NCBI GenBank assembly: GCA_040954595.2
Contig: CM082592.2
Location: forward strand, 12,060,732-12,124,731
Origin: Balanoglossus misakiensis
Taxonomy: Eukaryota; Animalia; Hemichordata
DNA length: 64,000 nucleotides
Direction: 5' to 3'
Of the stretch, positions 24,101 through 36,629 are shown piece after piece (positions within the stretch are counted from its first letter, which is position 1; every line of letters starts with the position of its first letter). Position numbers and translations under genes: made by a program. The notes under the pieces are model-generated. The model made no database searches and had not been told where the DNA came from. It was given only the letters and a program-made list of their open reading frames with translations.

Positions 24101-25649
24101 AACTGTTTGCAAACACCACCCGCCGATAAAGTGCAGCGTCCAATTACAATGAAATCAGTACGACTTCATTGTGAGCACATTACGCGCAACTATGTGACCC
24201 AGCCTGACCTTCTCACCCTGTGAACTGCAAGACACGAGACAACCCTTGCCAAAAAGTGAATGAGAAACCGTGTTTGGTATTTTCAGAGTCGACTTCTCCG
24301 TCTGATTGGTATCCCGTTTCCAATTTCCGCAAAAACATTTAGTATTTAGGCCTAATCCACCTCACCAGTGGCCGCATACGATTTTGAAGATTCGGCATTG
24401 TTGTCACTTGTAGTAAAAGTGATGCTTGATGGCTCAATTGTTAATCGACGCTATTTACATTCAGCCCTTCACACAGGAAGACCGCGAGTACTAGTATTAA
24501 GATATTTGTTGTTGTGCAAATGCTTGTTCCTCTCTGGGTGGCGGCGGTATTGGAAACAGGACACTGAAGTTCAAAAGTAAACCAACAATGAAAGTGAGCA
24601 CACCTGCAATGATTGGTTCTAAACACACAGACTTCTCAGCGCTGTTTATGTTGAAGATAAAACCCAGTTATGGTTTCAACCGTTGTTGTCGGTGTCCTTT
24701 CGGGAACACGAGAGCAGTGACGTTATCTCCACCACTGCAAACAATCCCACCAGTACAGTGGTGGACGGAGCCGTTGAGTTGCCCAACACAACGTTCTCTT
24801 GGCTTTCTGGGAAAGTGTCGACACAAGAAAATTTGAATGCTGGCCTAACTTCGGGTTTTTGGTGTCGTTCTATCACATCGGTGTCATTAAAAGTCCCACG
24901 TTTATTTTATTGAGTTGACTTTTCTTCATGGTGTTGAGCATCGCCGCGGGCGTTCGAATCCGAAATCCGATTAAAGGGAAAAAGCTTACGCGCATATTGG
25001 TAGCAAATGTTCTTTCTTTCTGTCATTGTATCGTCATCATTATGCTTGATCTGGAAAAAGTGTGAATTTACTAATAAACCCCGTCACAAACATCTTGTCT
25101 GTGGCGTAGCGAAGACGGAGGTAGTTTAGAATTACGATCGTTCATTTTCCAAGTTCCCAGGATAGATTCAGGGCCGCCGTGGCGGAACAAGAATTATTCA
25201 ACGAATGCACAAACTTGTTGATTTTTAAGCTTTTGTCCCACACAAAGAATGGATGAATTCGCAACATCTTCTATTGAAAAGTAAACACTGGAGTTTTATA
25301 GTTAAGCCATGTTTCTCAACTACACACTTGTGTTCACGGATTTAAAGGGGTAATGAGCTCGTCGTTATTGTGCAAAATTCGCATTATTCATGAAATTGTG
25401 TGTTGTGTCCGCTGTGACTCAAAATCCATGTGTAGGTTTATCTGTGAATGTCTCTAGTGGCTGCACGAAGGTTGTGACTTCCGATTGAATCACGTTTAGG
25501 GTCATGTCGGTTTGAGTAAAAGGGATTTCCGCCAGCGCTGAAGGGACGCTTTGGTCAATATTGGGTTATGATGGAATTGGACGGTCGGTAGACACGGGAT
25601 ACGTTTGATGTGTATCCTAATGAGTGCTACCCCCGGTAGATGGGATTTC

Positions 25650-25678
25650 GTGGTTGTTGTTGTTGTTGGTGGTGGTGG

Positions 25679-25730
<52 letters not shown>

Positions 25731-25779
25731 GGTGGTGGTGGTGGTGGTGGTGGTGGTGGTGGTGATGTTGGTGGTGATG
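25650..25779. repeat. Compound trinucleotide microsatellite (GTT)n(GGT)n(GAT)n(GGT)n
   Basis: Direct reading. Lies in intron 1 of the EMI-collagen gene. Confidence 0.95.
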
Positions 25780-27433
25780 CAAGATAGTGTGGTAGTTGCA
25801 ACATCAACCGATTGAAAGCTCGCCGGCAGTGTCGACAAATGCAGCATGTTTCATGCTTTCGAGCAACCAGTCGAGTCGTTGCTGGAGGCAAAACACCAGG
25901 AGGCGTGCTGCTGGCAATCACTACACATCTCCAATTAAGAAAGCAAACAAACAATTAAGGATCATAAAAAATAATTCGACGAGTATGACCTCCTTTGACT
26001 CCTGGCGTGTTGCTGTCGTCGGATAGAAATCGGATCCTTCAAATCTACGTATATTATACATTGTAAATTTAATGTGAATTCTCTGTCATTGTTTTTATTT
26101 CAGCGATTACAAAATCACGATGGCATTTTCGCCAAAGGGCACCCAACTTTTGTTTTTTTCTTATCTCGGTATGAATAGGTACTTGACAAGACTAAGAAAA
26201 CGACGCGGTCTATTGAATAATGTTTACACTCAAAAATCGCCAAAATAAAGCCTTTAGTACGTATTTAGCTCGACCAAGTGAATAAACGTCCGAGGCCTTT
26301 TGCGATCTGCCGCGTAGTCGTTCTGGAAACAAAGCGTCCTCTTCACAGGGGAATTTCGTCAAAGAATAAGTGGAGAAACCTCCCTGTAACAACCGTCTTT
26401 GTTCTAAACTACAATTAAAGTATGCAATCAAGCGATAGGTCACTTTAGTTCATGATTAGTAAAGAAAATATGCCACGGGCTGTGTGGTACAATTGTCCAT
26501 AGTTTTGTTAAATTTGTGCATGGGATTGTGTGTGTGTACGATGTGTCCGGACAGATTGGGGTTTTGTATAAGCTAATACGTGAATTGCGAAGTTGCGCTG
26601 GTAAAATCATTAAAAGTTTACGGTCTGTTTCACGAATTAAAGAGTACAATGTACATATTTTCCTTGGTTACCAGCAACGATTTGCAGTGCTCTTGAACTA
26701 ACACAACTTGAGTCGCCCATGTGCGCATAGTGGAACAGGCGGACGCGTAGCCAAGTTTCTGCCTTTTCTTGACTTTATAGCAAGACCTAGATCAGTAATT
26801 AGCATAAATGGGTGTGGCACGATTTCCAAAGTTGGAAAAATCCTGGGATTGGAAAGTCTTTGCCTTGAAGAGCCGTCTCTATTCATTTCTGTCGTCGTTT
26901 AGCAAGACAACAAATGCATTCAAGTTCCTCTGAGTGTTCGGTATCCACTATTTCTCTTGTCTTTGAAATAGTTTTGATTCGCAGCTTTTTGAGATTTGGT
27001 AAATAGTTTACGGGAAGAATGTCGCTCGTAAACCAATTCAGTTGCCGACTGCCTGTCACTTGTCAAGTCAAGTTTACCCACTTTCCCTTTTAATTAACGC
27101 AATTAACACACTCCAGTGAATGTGTAAATCTTGTTATCCGTCCAACCATGCATGTTGATGGAGATGTTGTTCCCCCGGGGGCGTTACTGTTTTCGGTTTA
27201 CACCGGTGGCTTTTCACAATACTCCAGTATAAGGAGAAAGGAACAGAGCGCTCTGCTTTTCTTTCGCCTTGACGGCATATGTCAGGACAGGTACAGAGTG
27301 GATTCGCGGAAGGTTCGAAAAAGTTGGTCCAGGGTAGATTCGAGTGACGTCCGTGACACATGGGTTACCAAGTCACAAGCCTTGAAGTTGTCAAGATGGA
27401 CCCTCGAAAATGATAGCCACAGGTGTAGTGAAG

Positions 27434-27457
27434 CACACACACACACACACACACACA
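27434..27457. repeat. (CA)12 microsatellite
   Basis: Direct reading. Confidence 0.9.
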
Positions 27458-28967
27458 AACAAACAGACGTGTCAATAAAACAAACTGCATTTCTATATGT
27501 CATGTCAATATTCCACACAACTTTTTCGTCTTCTCAGGGCCAAGCTTCAAAAGAAAGAATTTGAAACCATCGATTTTCTCTCTGTCTTTTTAAGCGATGT
27601 TGTCATGGTGAAAAAAACGTCTTTAAAAATCAGCAGCACGGCTACTGTTCAGCGAGGCCAGTATTTTATTGAGCTCTTGGGTGGAGAGGCGTATCGTCCG
27701 CCAACCGCCCGTAGACTTTACTGTAAATTGAATCTTTGCGTCTCTTTCAATGCGGTGCACTTAGCGCCGGTGCTTTCGCCTGTGAAAAGAACTCTCTCTC
27801 TCTCTTTATTCTCGGTCGTTTATTCCCCCGATTAAAATACCTGCAGCTGTGTTGGGGTTAACATAGCCTCGTCTGGGAAATTCTTTTGGAAACACTTACC
27901 CTTCGTATATTTGACAGGTATAGTAGCCGGACTAAGGTGCCCACTTATTTTTTGTTCAAATATCCCTTCTTAAGCATGCCTAGTCCTGGCGCCGTACACT
28001 TCGCAAGGTCCGAACATCCCAAGGAGAGTGAAGTTCTGGACTAATGCGTTCGACCCCTCAAACAATGGCGTCTCGCACGATGGTAAAAAAAATGATGTCA
28101 TATAATACGGTGAAATAACGGATCTCCATCCCCAATGAATGGCACCTACTTACCAAGCTTTGAATTGACGGCCATTGAAATCGTGTTGCGATTTAGTGTG
28201 TACATGTCGTACTACTGAGCGGACAAAGGTCTGCTTGATGAGAAACGGGGGTTTACCTTGCGATGGCGACTCCGACGTTTAATTATCTGCAACCTCGATT
28301 AAATCACCGAAACACAGATTCATCACCAGAAGAAAAGAAACGCAATTATGGACTGTTATCAATGTGAGCGCAGGTCACAGAAAACGGCGATTTAATAATT
28401 AATCCCAACCCGACCGCTAGAAGAATCGGAGAATCGTCACAATTTTAACGCAGACGACGACAAACATCACCGCCGAAGATTTCGGGTCTGTGTACCCATA
28501 ATTGTAGTTAAAACCATACTGTACACAGTTCACTGAAACTTTTTGCGATCCTGGTGAACTCTGGATCCAGGTCAAACCTTAGGTCAATCGCTAGTGAAGT
28601 AAATAAATAAATACAGCCGTGCCAGAAGTTTAGTCAGTTGTAGCACCGTGTGGCTTGTAGCACTAAACACTATGTAGTCTACCAGCCAAGTAAACGACCC
28701 TTCACCTACACGTAAACGCCACTGTTAACTATCTGTTACAGCTGTACAGGCTCGCGCGCCCCTCCCCGGGGGCAAGGGGTTTGTTTAAGTTTTCACCACA
28801 CGTGAAATAACCATTTAGTTGAAATGGACACGACACGGCAATTGTTAGACTGTCTTATTCAATCCGCATTACAAATTAAAAGCCGGTCGCATTCTTTAAA
28901 CATGAGCAAGCTTTCCCTGAAAATCTACACACACAAAAGGAAGAACACGAACTCAACTGACACATAC

Positions 28968-29095
28968 CTATTTTGACGGTGGCCATAGCCGAGTACCTTG
29001 ACACCGTTGTCTGCAACAAGTAGCACCAGTAGTAGGGATGTTGTCAACAAAAGTTTACGGTCAAAGGAAGTCACGGAGAGTTCGGGAGTCCACAT
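28968..29095 (-). CDS. EMID1/COL26A1: EMI-collagen exon 1, signal peptide (MWTPELSVTSFDRKLLLTTSLLLVLLVADNGVKVLGYGHRQN)
   Basis: ATG, a hydrophobic core and donor AG|gtatgt in phase 2, which is what the EMI exon requires. Below the ORF-track cutoff. Confidence 0.75.
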
Positions 29096-32000
29096 TCTGA
29101 AGTCGGCCGCAAAAAGACGACTGTGTCGCAGCTAGAGGTCAACTGTCAGCGAAGAATGGGCTTCCTCTCCTCGTCTCGGTTAATCAATCAGTTAGTGCAA
29201 CCACCCCATGAAACGAACCCCAAAAGCTATGGCCCCGTTCCTCGTCGAGGGTACTTTTTAAAGCGTGTTACACTCGACGCTAACAATACATCCTATTGGT
29301 CTCCCCCGTCTCGTTTTCACCTCTCAACAAATAAAACCATGTCACGTGACTTCAAAACTACTTGACTGTATGTACCACGAAAGACAGCGCCCTCGGGGCA
29401 CACCTGGGTTGACACTACTTCTTTTCTTTTTTCCTCCAATGTGTTGTTTCTGGAACAGATGTTCAAAACGAGTTAATTGAACTAGTGAATCAAATGGATT
29501 AGTTCTAGTTTTAGCCCGGAGTGGTGAAATTGCCCCACCATTGTTTTTGCTTATTTTAAGAAGCAGTTGTTGCAACTATTTTTACATCTCCTAGATAAAT
29601 CTGCACTCTGTCTATCTGTCTACGTACATGTATATAACTATCTATTCACGTCAACAAATACAAACTTTGACCACTTGAAATGTTTTTTTTTAAATAATAA
29701 CTACAGAGATACAGCTACTGTTTAATTTGAAAACCTGACATGTCTAAGGAATGAAACAAACTCCTCCCTCTATATTCCACACGCGAGAAGAAACTTGCAT
29801 AGCAATTCTCTCGGGAAAGCTGAAAGGGGGGTGGGTGGGGGGAATTACTCAACAAGGTCGCGATCCATTTACTGCCACATACCTTAAGTCAAGAAGGACA
29901 TTATAGTGCATCTCTGGAAAGCTGAACAACCTTCAAGACGTATACGTCTACACCACATGTTGGGGGGGGGGGGGGTAATCTTGCCCATGAGTCCAATTTT
30001 TTAAATACAAGCCCCGATATCTGCGCAACCAAGAATGCCACATCTGGCAAGGGTGGAACATTTTAAATTTACATCTGGTGTGGATCTTTGTTGTGCAATG
30101 AATGTTCCCCATGTTACTCATACTTTGTACAAGTGTCAGCAGACTCACGCAATTGGTCAGTTAATAGCATGGCATAATTTTACGTAAATAAAAATTATGT
30201 CATTGACATAATTTGACAATAAACTAAAAAATAATGTTATGAAAAGACACCGCCGCCGGGGCTTTGACCGAAGGGAGTTGTCGACGAAGCTAGACGATAA
30301 TGAGCAAAATGACATTGGCCAGAGGCGTCGTCTCACTGAAACGTCGCGAATATCAATGAGGAGATGATTACCAATTCTTGTGATCTTTGGAAAATTGGTT
30401 GGCTTATTTGGCGGTCATATAACTGTACACATGCCCCTACTGTCTGACAAGAATTTATTTTCAATGCCAGCAGTTGTGCATGCCATTTTTTATAAGCGGA
30501 AAGGAAAAATCAGGTTTCTTAGTGTCTTTTTTACAGCAGCGCGCAAATGTGTTGTTTGAAGAAATGAGAAGTCTTTCGTAGCCGTCATCCAAAGCAATTA
30601 ACTTTTCCCCGACATTGAGTGACATTCATTGACTTATGTCACAACCCAACGGTTTCTCCCCCCAAGACAAATCCCCATTTCTAAAGATCTTTCTCGACGT
30701 CCATTGCCATATAAATTGATTAACCGATTGCTTAATCATTCGTGACTCCGTGATAAGTAGCTACCCTTTGCTTTCGTTGTGACTTGACGCTATTTCACGG
30801 TCGGACGAGCAATGCAACCGAAGGTTTAATCAGAGTTTCATTGATGGACAGCCAAGAGTCACATTGGCACTCAGTGAACTGTTGTTGAAAATATTCGAAG
30901 CACGCAAGGTCCATCTTTTTGGATTTATTTTGAGACAACAGCAATTATTGTCGTCTGCTGTTTGTGATGACTCGACACAAAAGCCTCGCAGTGGTCTCCT
31001 CGGGCTATACGGCCGGCTATTTATACAAAACCTTGGTTGTTGTTCGTCACCCTTGACAACAAGATCTCTTGTCGCAAAGGTCATGGATCATTACAATAAT
31101 ATTATTTTTTATATTAGCTATGTCGCGAAAAAAAGGACAAACGGGTGTCCTTACAGTACAAATCTTATGTCGTGATACATACATGGCGCCCTCACCCGAT
31201 CAAGGCACCGTGGATGCGCACGTTGTTCAAACCACAGTTCCTCTATCTGACTTTAATACTAAGTAGTTTTACTGTATCATATTCGAGAGCATAGCACAGC
31301 CAGCGGTAGAAATGGGTACTGTAACAAGACTATTGCTCGGGGAAGACATTAGTGCCTTCGTCGTAAACCACGACCTCTTTAGGGCAACAGCGGAGGGAGA
31401 TGACTCTGGCTCGCCAGAATGCTGGCCTGCTATTAGAAGTGGAAGCTCGGTTCAGATCACCTACATAAATTCACTATAAGTTAAAAGTCGTAATTTAAAG
31501 ATAATAAGAATACCGCTGGAACCCTGCAAACTAAATTTCAAAGAAATTGGACAAGATATTTTGCAGAAATGAAGTTTTGACCAAGCTGGTCAAAACCTGC
31601 GCCCACTCTACAATATTGATTTATTGGATATCAAGTCCGTGCTTCCTCGAGTCATTCAGTTCTTCATCAGCACCTCGCGCGCCCTCTCCCAAGCCAGTTG
31701 GGACCATTGTTTGCGACAGAGTCACGTGTCGATGTAAAAATGGTATGTAGTCCACAGAAACAAGGCCAGTAAACACAGTAGAACTGCTTCGGTCAGCAAA
31801 GTACTTTGACACACATACACGCATCATTTATAGTGTATGTGACCCAGGCAACGGGATGGGCTTGCGAGGCGACGCAGCCAAGGTCGTCAACAACATCACG
31901 TCCACGTCAAGAACTGTTTTTTAATCACGGTGTTTGTCGTTCGTGGAGAAAGTGTACTTGGGCAGATAATGGCAGTGACCTTAGCCGATTGGTGTTTCAG

Positions 32001-32285
32001 GTTCACGTTCAGGTTCAGGGATAATGTCATTATTTGTTATTCCTTGGAATGCATTTGCCGTCACTTATGGCTAATGGACAAAAATGTAAATTACGGAAAT
32101 GTGTCTCAATGAGGTAGGAAAGGTGAATTTCAGTCAAACATGTTTTTTTCAGAAACCTCAGTCCATCAGGTCGTCGAAAGCAAGAACGAATTTTCACAAA
32201 CACCATGATTTTGTGGTTTTCTTTAGTCTGACTTTCAATCCTTTTAACCTGTCGATCTTCTGTAATGTACCTGTTTGAAAGAAAA

Positions 32286-32286
32286 A

Positions 32287-32318
<32 letters not shown>

Positions 32319-32320
32319 AA
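32286..32320. repeat. (AAAG)n microsatellite, about 8 units
   Basis: Direct reading. Confidence 0.9.
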
Positions 32321-34690
32321 ATTCCATAGCGAGTTCAGAAACTCTTGAATGTCTATGAATTCTCATGAACGTATCCAATACATTGTATTTGTTTGTTTGT
32401 TTGTTATAAATAATGCGAAAGTGTGTTCCAATTCGCAGTCATACACCGACCTCAATTTTCAGCAGGTTTACTCAGACATGCACGGGTCTGCACGTCCCCC
32501 CTGCAATTGGGTCAACTCATCAGAGATCTTGTAACGGTACACCGGACGTAAACACCATACAATGAATGGTGGCGGTTGCCGCATGGCGCGCGTCTGCAGA
32601 TCTCAGTGATTCAAATGGAGCGCCTCAGCCGTGGAAAACATAAAATCTTTTGTTCGTCCATGTCCCGGTCGCATCGGTATATTTCCATTCTGTCAGTTTC
32701 AATTCGCCATGACGTCAATGGTGGCCTTGAACAGGGGAACAAGTGGGGTCTAAATTCTCGAAAACACCATTTACACGATAAACATCTTGAAAAACACCCC
32801 ATAATCACCAACATCGTCTGACTCGCTGAATAGACCACATGTGTACTTGTGTTTGTGAAATAAACCGACAGCCCGTCGACTATGTTCCGGGCGTTCAGTG
32901 TTGACAATTATCAACGAATATTTAAAGCAGACAGAAAAAAAATTGATCGTTTGATTTTCATTGTTTGCATCTACCAGCTATTAACCACAACAATTACATG
33001 GCTAACTACAAGACGACCCTGACCAAGTCCAGGCGGATTCGAAACATTTTTAGCAGTTTTAGGTGCCAGGTAACCAACTTATCCTGAAAGTGAATGTTTT
33101 CTAAAGTTTTATCGCTTTGGAGTTTAAATAGAACGCATGTTATCACATTAGATTAGGGAGTGTTCCATCGAAATCACGACACAGAAAACACTCCTATGGT
33201 CGGGTTGTCTGAATTCTTTCTCCACAATTACTGTTTTGGAATGGCAAAGATGCACAGTTCTCCAGATGTTTTGATATTGTGCCCAGACAGATGTTATTGT
33301 AAGGTTAACGTGAGGACACGGATCCTTGGTGCGATGAAGATAAAAAAGAGTCAATGGTGGACAGTGTCATCCAAAGGCCAATTTTGTGCGGGTGGGCGTT
33401 GGCGTAAATGAGCGCCACCATGCGACGGATATATGCAGCACTCCCTCAGACAAAAATGAACCTCGCTCCAGGGTATTTGATTGAACAGTACGGGAATGCC
33501 TTGCCCTATTTTCTCGCAGACCATCGGGGGTTTATGATTGCATCAGAATGCAGACACAGAAATCTAGACATATCAATCATGCTTACAATATTTGACACAT
33601 TTTATTCCGATTATTAGTGGCCCAGCGTTTTCTATGAAAGATGTCGTGAATGGAACAATTACACCACTGACAATATCTTGAAGGAACGGCGGGCAGTTTT
33701 GTCCCCCTTTTGATCTTATAGACCCAAGGGACAAGAAAAACCCAGACGTTTGAGATCGTGTGCGGTCATAATGCGAAAAGTCAGACTTTGAAATCTAGGT
33801 GAATTCGTGATGTCGGTTGGAAGACGACAGATCTTGCCTACTAATTCCACGAGGTCTCATCTAGAATTTGTAGTACACATGTATTGAGCATGTTATACAA
33901 TGGTTCTAGTTATCGGTGCGTATTGCCAACAAATCAAACACCACATCTATGCAGACTTTGTCTGTGTGAAAATTGGCCTGTCACAGCTGCTTACTTTATC
34001 AGTTTTTATGTGTCAAAAATTGTAGTAAAGTAACACAGATTTCTCTGATCTCGAATAAATTGAACACTAACAGTTACTTCATGACATTGGACACTGTGCG
34101 TAGAGTGACTGTGTTTCTCTAGTATGTACAGTGTGTACATATGAGAACCGCCAATTGGACTATATGCCCGACGACTTTTTACGTTGGTATTGACCGTGAT
34201 CTTCCTACCTCCATTGTGAGATCATAAGCTTAGGTGTGAGTTTGCGGGCATGTCCAACTTAAACTTTTCAAAACATTTCATATTCTATAACGATACTTGA
34301 AATAAATGCATCTGTGGTACCTCCTTGATAAAAGGAAACCATTTCGCACAATGCTTCACAACTTGAAATGTAAACAACAACACTGGATAAACAACTGTGA
34401 ATGAATTAAACAAATCCGAGAAGGAAGTCGGTTGGCGCCATGATGATACACTTGTCATCCTGCAAAGCCTCTTTCCACCTGGAACTCGTTAGCACCTGCA
34501 ATAGCATTCAAAGTTGTCCAATCAAAACAGCCGTTTTAAAAGAAAGGCAGGTAATCGGCCATTGTTTCAGAATCAAGGTGAAGAGTCCGTGGACAAGTCT
34601 GAATTTTGTCACATTTCAAAAAGAGGTCAGTCGGAGATAATCTTCCTTTCTTTGTGGTCCCACGAACCAATTTCTGAAAAGTTTACGTGA

Positions 34691-34969
34691 ATGATGAGTG
34701 AGAGTCAAGAAAGAATCAAGCAAGAATTGCTTCGCGAACAGCGGAAGCTACAAGAACAGATTCGCCGACTAGAAGCTGGGAAGGGCCGTCGTCGGGCTCA
34801 GCTAATGGAGGGAGAGCGATTGCTGAAACGACGAATATTGACCGACCGCCCGTTTCTGCCGACGCCCGTCGTCGACTTGTCGAAGGTGAACCTGAACTCT
34901 GACAGCCGTGAACTGCGAGGAACCAAGAAACCCGTGTCGTATGTAACAGCATCTCGACAATCTTTGAAG
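34691..34969 (+). CDS. Uncharacterised protein, exon 1 (N-terminal coiled coil, MMSESQERIKQELLREQRKLQEQIRRLE...)
   Basis: 93 codons with protein-like composition and a charged heptad helix. Donor AAG|gtaaaa, phase 0. Confidence 0.7.
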
Positions 34970-35804
34970 GTAAAACCAGCTTTGTTATATTTGTCATGGA
35001 CGCGCGGCACTGATCTCCTGGTTTTGTGCATGTGTGTGCATTGAGCTACCACTCAGGTAGCTCCATGCTGTGTGTAAGTTTACAAAATAGAGTATAGTAA
35101 AATAATTCCCCAATCATTTTATAATGGGTGCGGTAGAACAACTTTCGTGCCACCTTTTATCGCCTCGTGTGCTTTGTACCGTAGTCTGTCTGTGGGCAGA
35201 CATCTCGACACTACCTCCTTCATGGTCCTTTATTGTTCCGATGACCATGGACAGTCTATGCGATGACCATCTTCACATGCGCCCGGTAAATCAACCTAGA
35301 TTCCATCAAAAGTTACATTATGGTTACCCTAGTTGCAGAATTGCTATCTCCAATGCACCATAAATAACTAGGACACGTCCACCCCTACTTTTATTAGAAA
35401 ATAATTTATGCATCCCGGCTTGGCCACACAGTCCGTCCAAGGGGATTATTTCTAGCCATGAGTCCATCACAATTGTAGCTGCGTGGTCTAATCACGCTTC
35501 TTCTAAGGTCCGGCTTTTGTTCTGTGGTTTTGTGACTTGTCAACTTGTTTGGTTTCATGTGACAATTGGTCACACAGTGAGGCCATGACCACGACGGTGA
35601 AGATACCCAGAGCTTTTGTCCCTCCACATGTCAAGGCATATAAACGCTACATGAACATGCCACCCACCTGTGTGGGAGACATCTCACCACGGGACCTACA
35701 GCATTGCAGGTCCTTGGTGTCTCCCACAACCCAGACAGTGATCTCACCCACCATTTTTATTTATTTTCTTTTCTTTTTTTTTTGTTTTGTTTCGTCCCCT
35801 ATAG

Positions 35805-36629
35805 CAATATACAAAATCTGGTCTCTCGACCACTGAAATATGTTCTTCGTTCGATAGTCCACATGGCGACAGAAACTCCCACCAACGCGCGCTTTCTAGA
35901 CCGAAACAGGGCCTAGCAAAAGCGAGCCGGGTTCCTTCTCTCCCGAAGATACAACCAAAGCTCAATGCAAATCCCAAAGAATCCAGAGACAAGACAGATG
36001 CTGCCAAGATGGGAACCCTTGCCTGCCCAGGTGACATGTTGTCCATTTATCGGAAACCGCTCAATCAGCGCCAGAGGAAGGTGCAAACAGACATCATTGG
36101 CACGCCTCCTTTGCACATTCTCCTGCACCGAATGCTTCAACGATCTTCAAGGGGAAAGGGAAAATTCGACCCAACAGAACGCCGGCGAACGACAAACGAT
36201 CCGGTGAACCATGATAAGCGCAATGAGGAGTCGGCGGCGGCGCCCTTGGCAACTGTAGCCGAGACGCGAAGTGTGTCCATGGTAACACCGAGTGGGACGT
36301 CGAGTGGTGCCTTTGAGGATTACGAAGTCCCGACCTTTTGTTCTGACACAGGAAACGAAACAGGTACAATAGATGCCGATTTGCCTGTAGCGCCAGACGG
36401 TCAGGGAGAGGTTGAGCGTCATGATGAAACCGTAAAATCCCAGCAGGCTGCTGAGACTGCGCAGTCCTCACCCAGACAACTAACATATGTCGAAAGAAAT
36501 CCAATGGTGTCATCAAAACAGCAATTCAGAAAACTCGTACACAGACACTCCATAGGAACGCCTCCTATGCACGTGGTGTTGCACGACATGTTCGAGAAAC
36601 AGCTGCGTTTGTCGACTGGGAGACCGTGA
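35805..36629 (+). CDS. Uncharacterised protein, exon 2 (joined protein 367 aa)
   Basis: Long polypyrimidine tract then cctatag|CAA in phase 0. The frame is open for 275 codons and continuous with ORF 36009..36629. Repeated IGTPPxHxxLH motif. Confidence 0.75.
   Translation, partial: QYTKSGLSTTEICSSFDSPHGDRNSHQRALSRPKQGLAKASRVPSLPKIQPKLNANPKESRDKTDAAKMGTLACPGDMLSIYRKPLNQRQRKVQTDIIGTPPLHILLHRMLQRSSRGKGKFDPTERRRTTNDPVNHDKRNEESAAAPLATVAETRSVSMVTPSGTSSGAFEDYEVPTFCSDTGNETGTIDADLPVAPDGQGEVERHDETVKSQQAAETAQSSPRQLTYVERNPMVSSKQQFRKLVHRHSIGTPPMHVVLHDMFEKQLRLSTGRP

Larger units (their letters stand above)
12005..29095 (-). other. EMID1/COL26A1: Gene span: secreted EMI-domain short collagen (EMID1/collagen XXVI family); CDS complement join(28968..29095,14989..15144,14527..14624,14082..14134,13621..13858,13289..13377,12351..12438,12005..12204), 349 aa
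   Basis: Domain order is signal peptide, EMI domain, CxNC coiled coil, Gly-X-Y, C-terminal coiled coil, as in EMID1/COL26A1. Phases 2,2,1,0,1,0,1 all match. Joined length 1050 nt. Confidence 0.88.

Noticed and set aside
24925-24970. tRNA or SINE suggested by B-box GTTCGAATCC
   Set aside because: No convincing A-box or cloverleaf stems.
25502-25954. Poly-Pro/Ser/Gly/Asp/Val ORFs on both strands
   Set aside because: Translations of a compound trinucleotide microsatellite inside an intron.
35124-35750. Extra exons inside the intron of the orphan gene
   Set aside because: Their splice phases do not chain with exon 1, while exon 1 joins 35805 directly in frame.
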